DNA of 64,000 nucleotides from contig JBHGNT010000018.1 in the NCBI GenBank assembly GCA_043228905.1, positions 8,742,001-8,806,000 on the forward strand. Direction: 5' to 3'. Of the stretch, positions 63,549 through 64,000 are shown piece after piece; the stretch's first letter is position 1; each line of letters begins with the position of its first letter. This stretch comes from Azolla caroliniana. Taxonomy: Eukaryota > Plantae > Polypodiophyta. The position numbers and the translations under genes were made by a program. The notes under the pieces are model-generated. The model saw nothing but the letters and a program-made list of their open reading frames with translations. It was not told the origin of the DNA and did no database searches.

Positions 63549-64000
63549 GGGATTGAACCCATGGTTAAAGTAACCATAGTCATCTTAACCAATGTTGGTA
63601 ACTTTGAGGATAGTTAGTTTGTAACCATAGTCACATTAACTATAGTAACTTATGATTGTATCAATGATTACAAAGTCAAACTAACATATTGATCAATCTT
63701 TTATACTCATAACAACCTACAATCACTTCAAAGGTTATGAAGGAGACAATGATAGAGGTTCATGAATGTACCAATGATTGATTACTAAAAGCAAAAAATT
63801 TTATGACTCTCAATAGTTATGTATTAAAGATGTGGGCATGAATTAACCAATGATTGATAAGTCTAATATTTAAAATGGTGAGCATTAAAGAATCAATGAG
63901 TGAGACGTTCTATATCAAAATGGGTGTCATTAATTAGCCAATGATTTTAACATTAATCCAACATAATCAAGGCTTGTTAATGATTAGTTTTATATTTTAC

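Overview
Repeat-rich eukaryotic nuclear DNA, most likely from a non-seed land plant such as a fern (inferred from GT-AG introns, plant-type tRNA-Ala, Ty1/copia and Ty3/gypsy families and a Cassandra-like 5S fragment). About 70% is nested, mostly decayed LTR retrotransposon. Four non-routine components were found. (1) A tRNA-Ala-derived tandem array (~9.7-10.9 kb on the minus strand; ~15.9-44.8 kb on the plus strand, split by retroelements) holds about 21 recognisable tRNA-Ala copies. Its ~1.15-kb unit is a higher-order repeat of six tRNA-derived monomers. (2) A Ty3/gypsy element is inserted in that array, and its primer-binding site matches the array's own variant tRNA-Ala 3' end. (3) An apparently intact gene encodes a probably plastid-targeted S1 RNA-binding protein with a long Q/N/Y/G prion-like repeat region. 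(4) At the right end, a five-exon gene encodes a ParB-like domain fused to a bacterial/phage-type beta-class (N4C/N6A) DNA methyltransferase; this copy has one nonsense codon and one damaged splice acceptor. All coordinates were read by eye and no database search was run.
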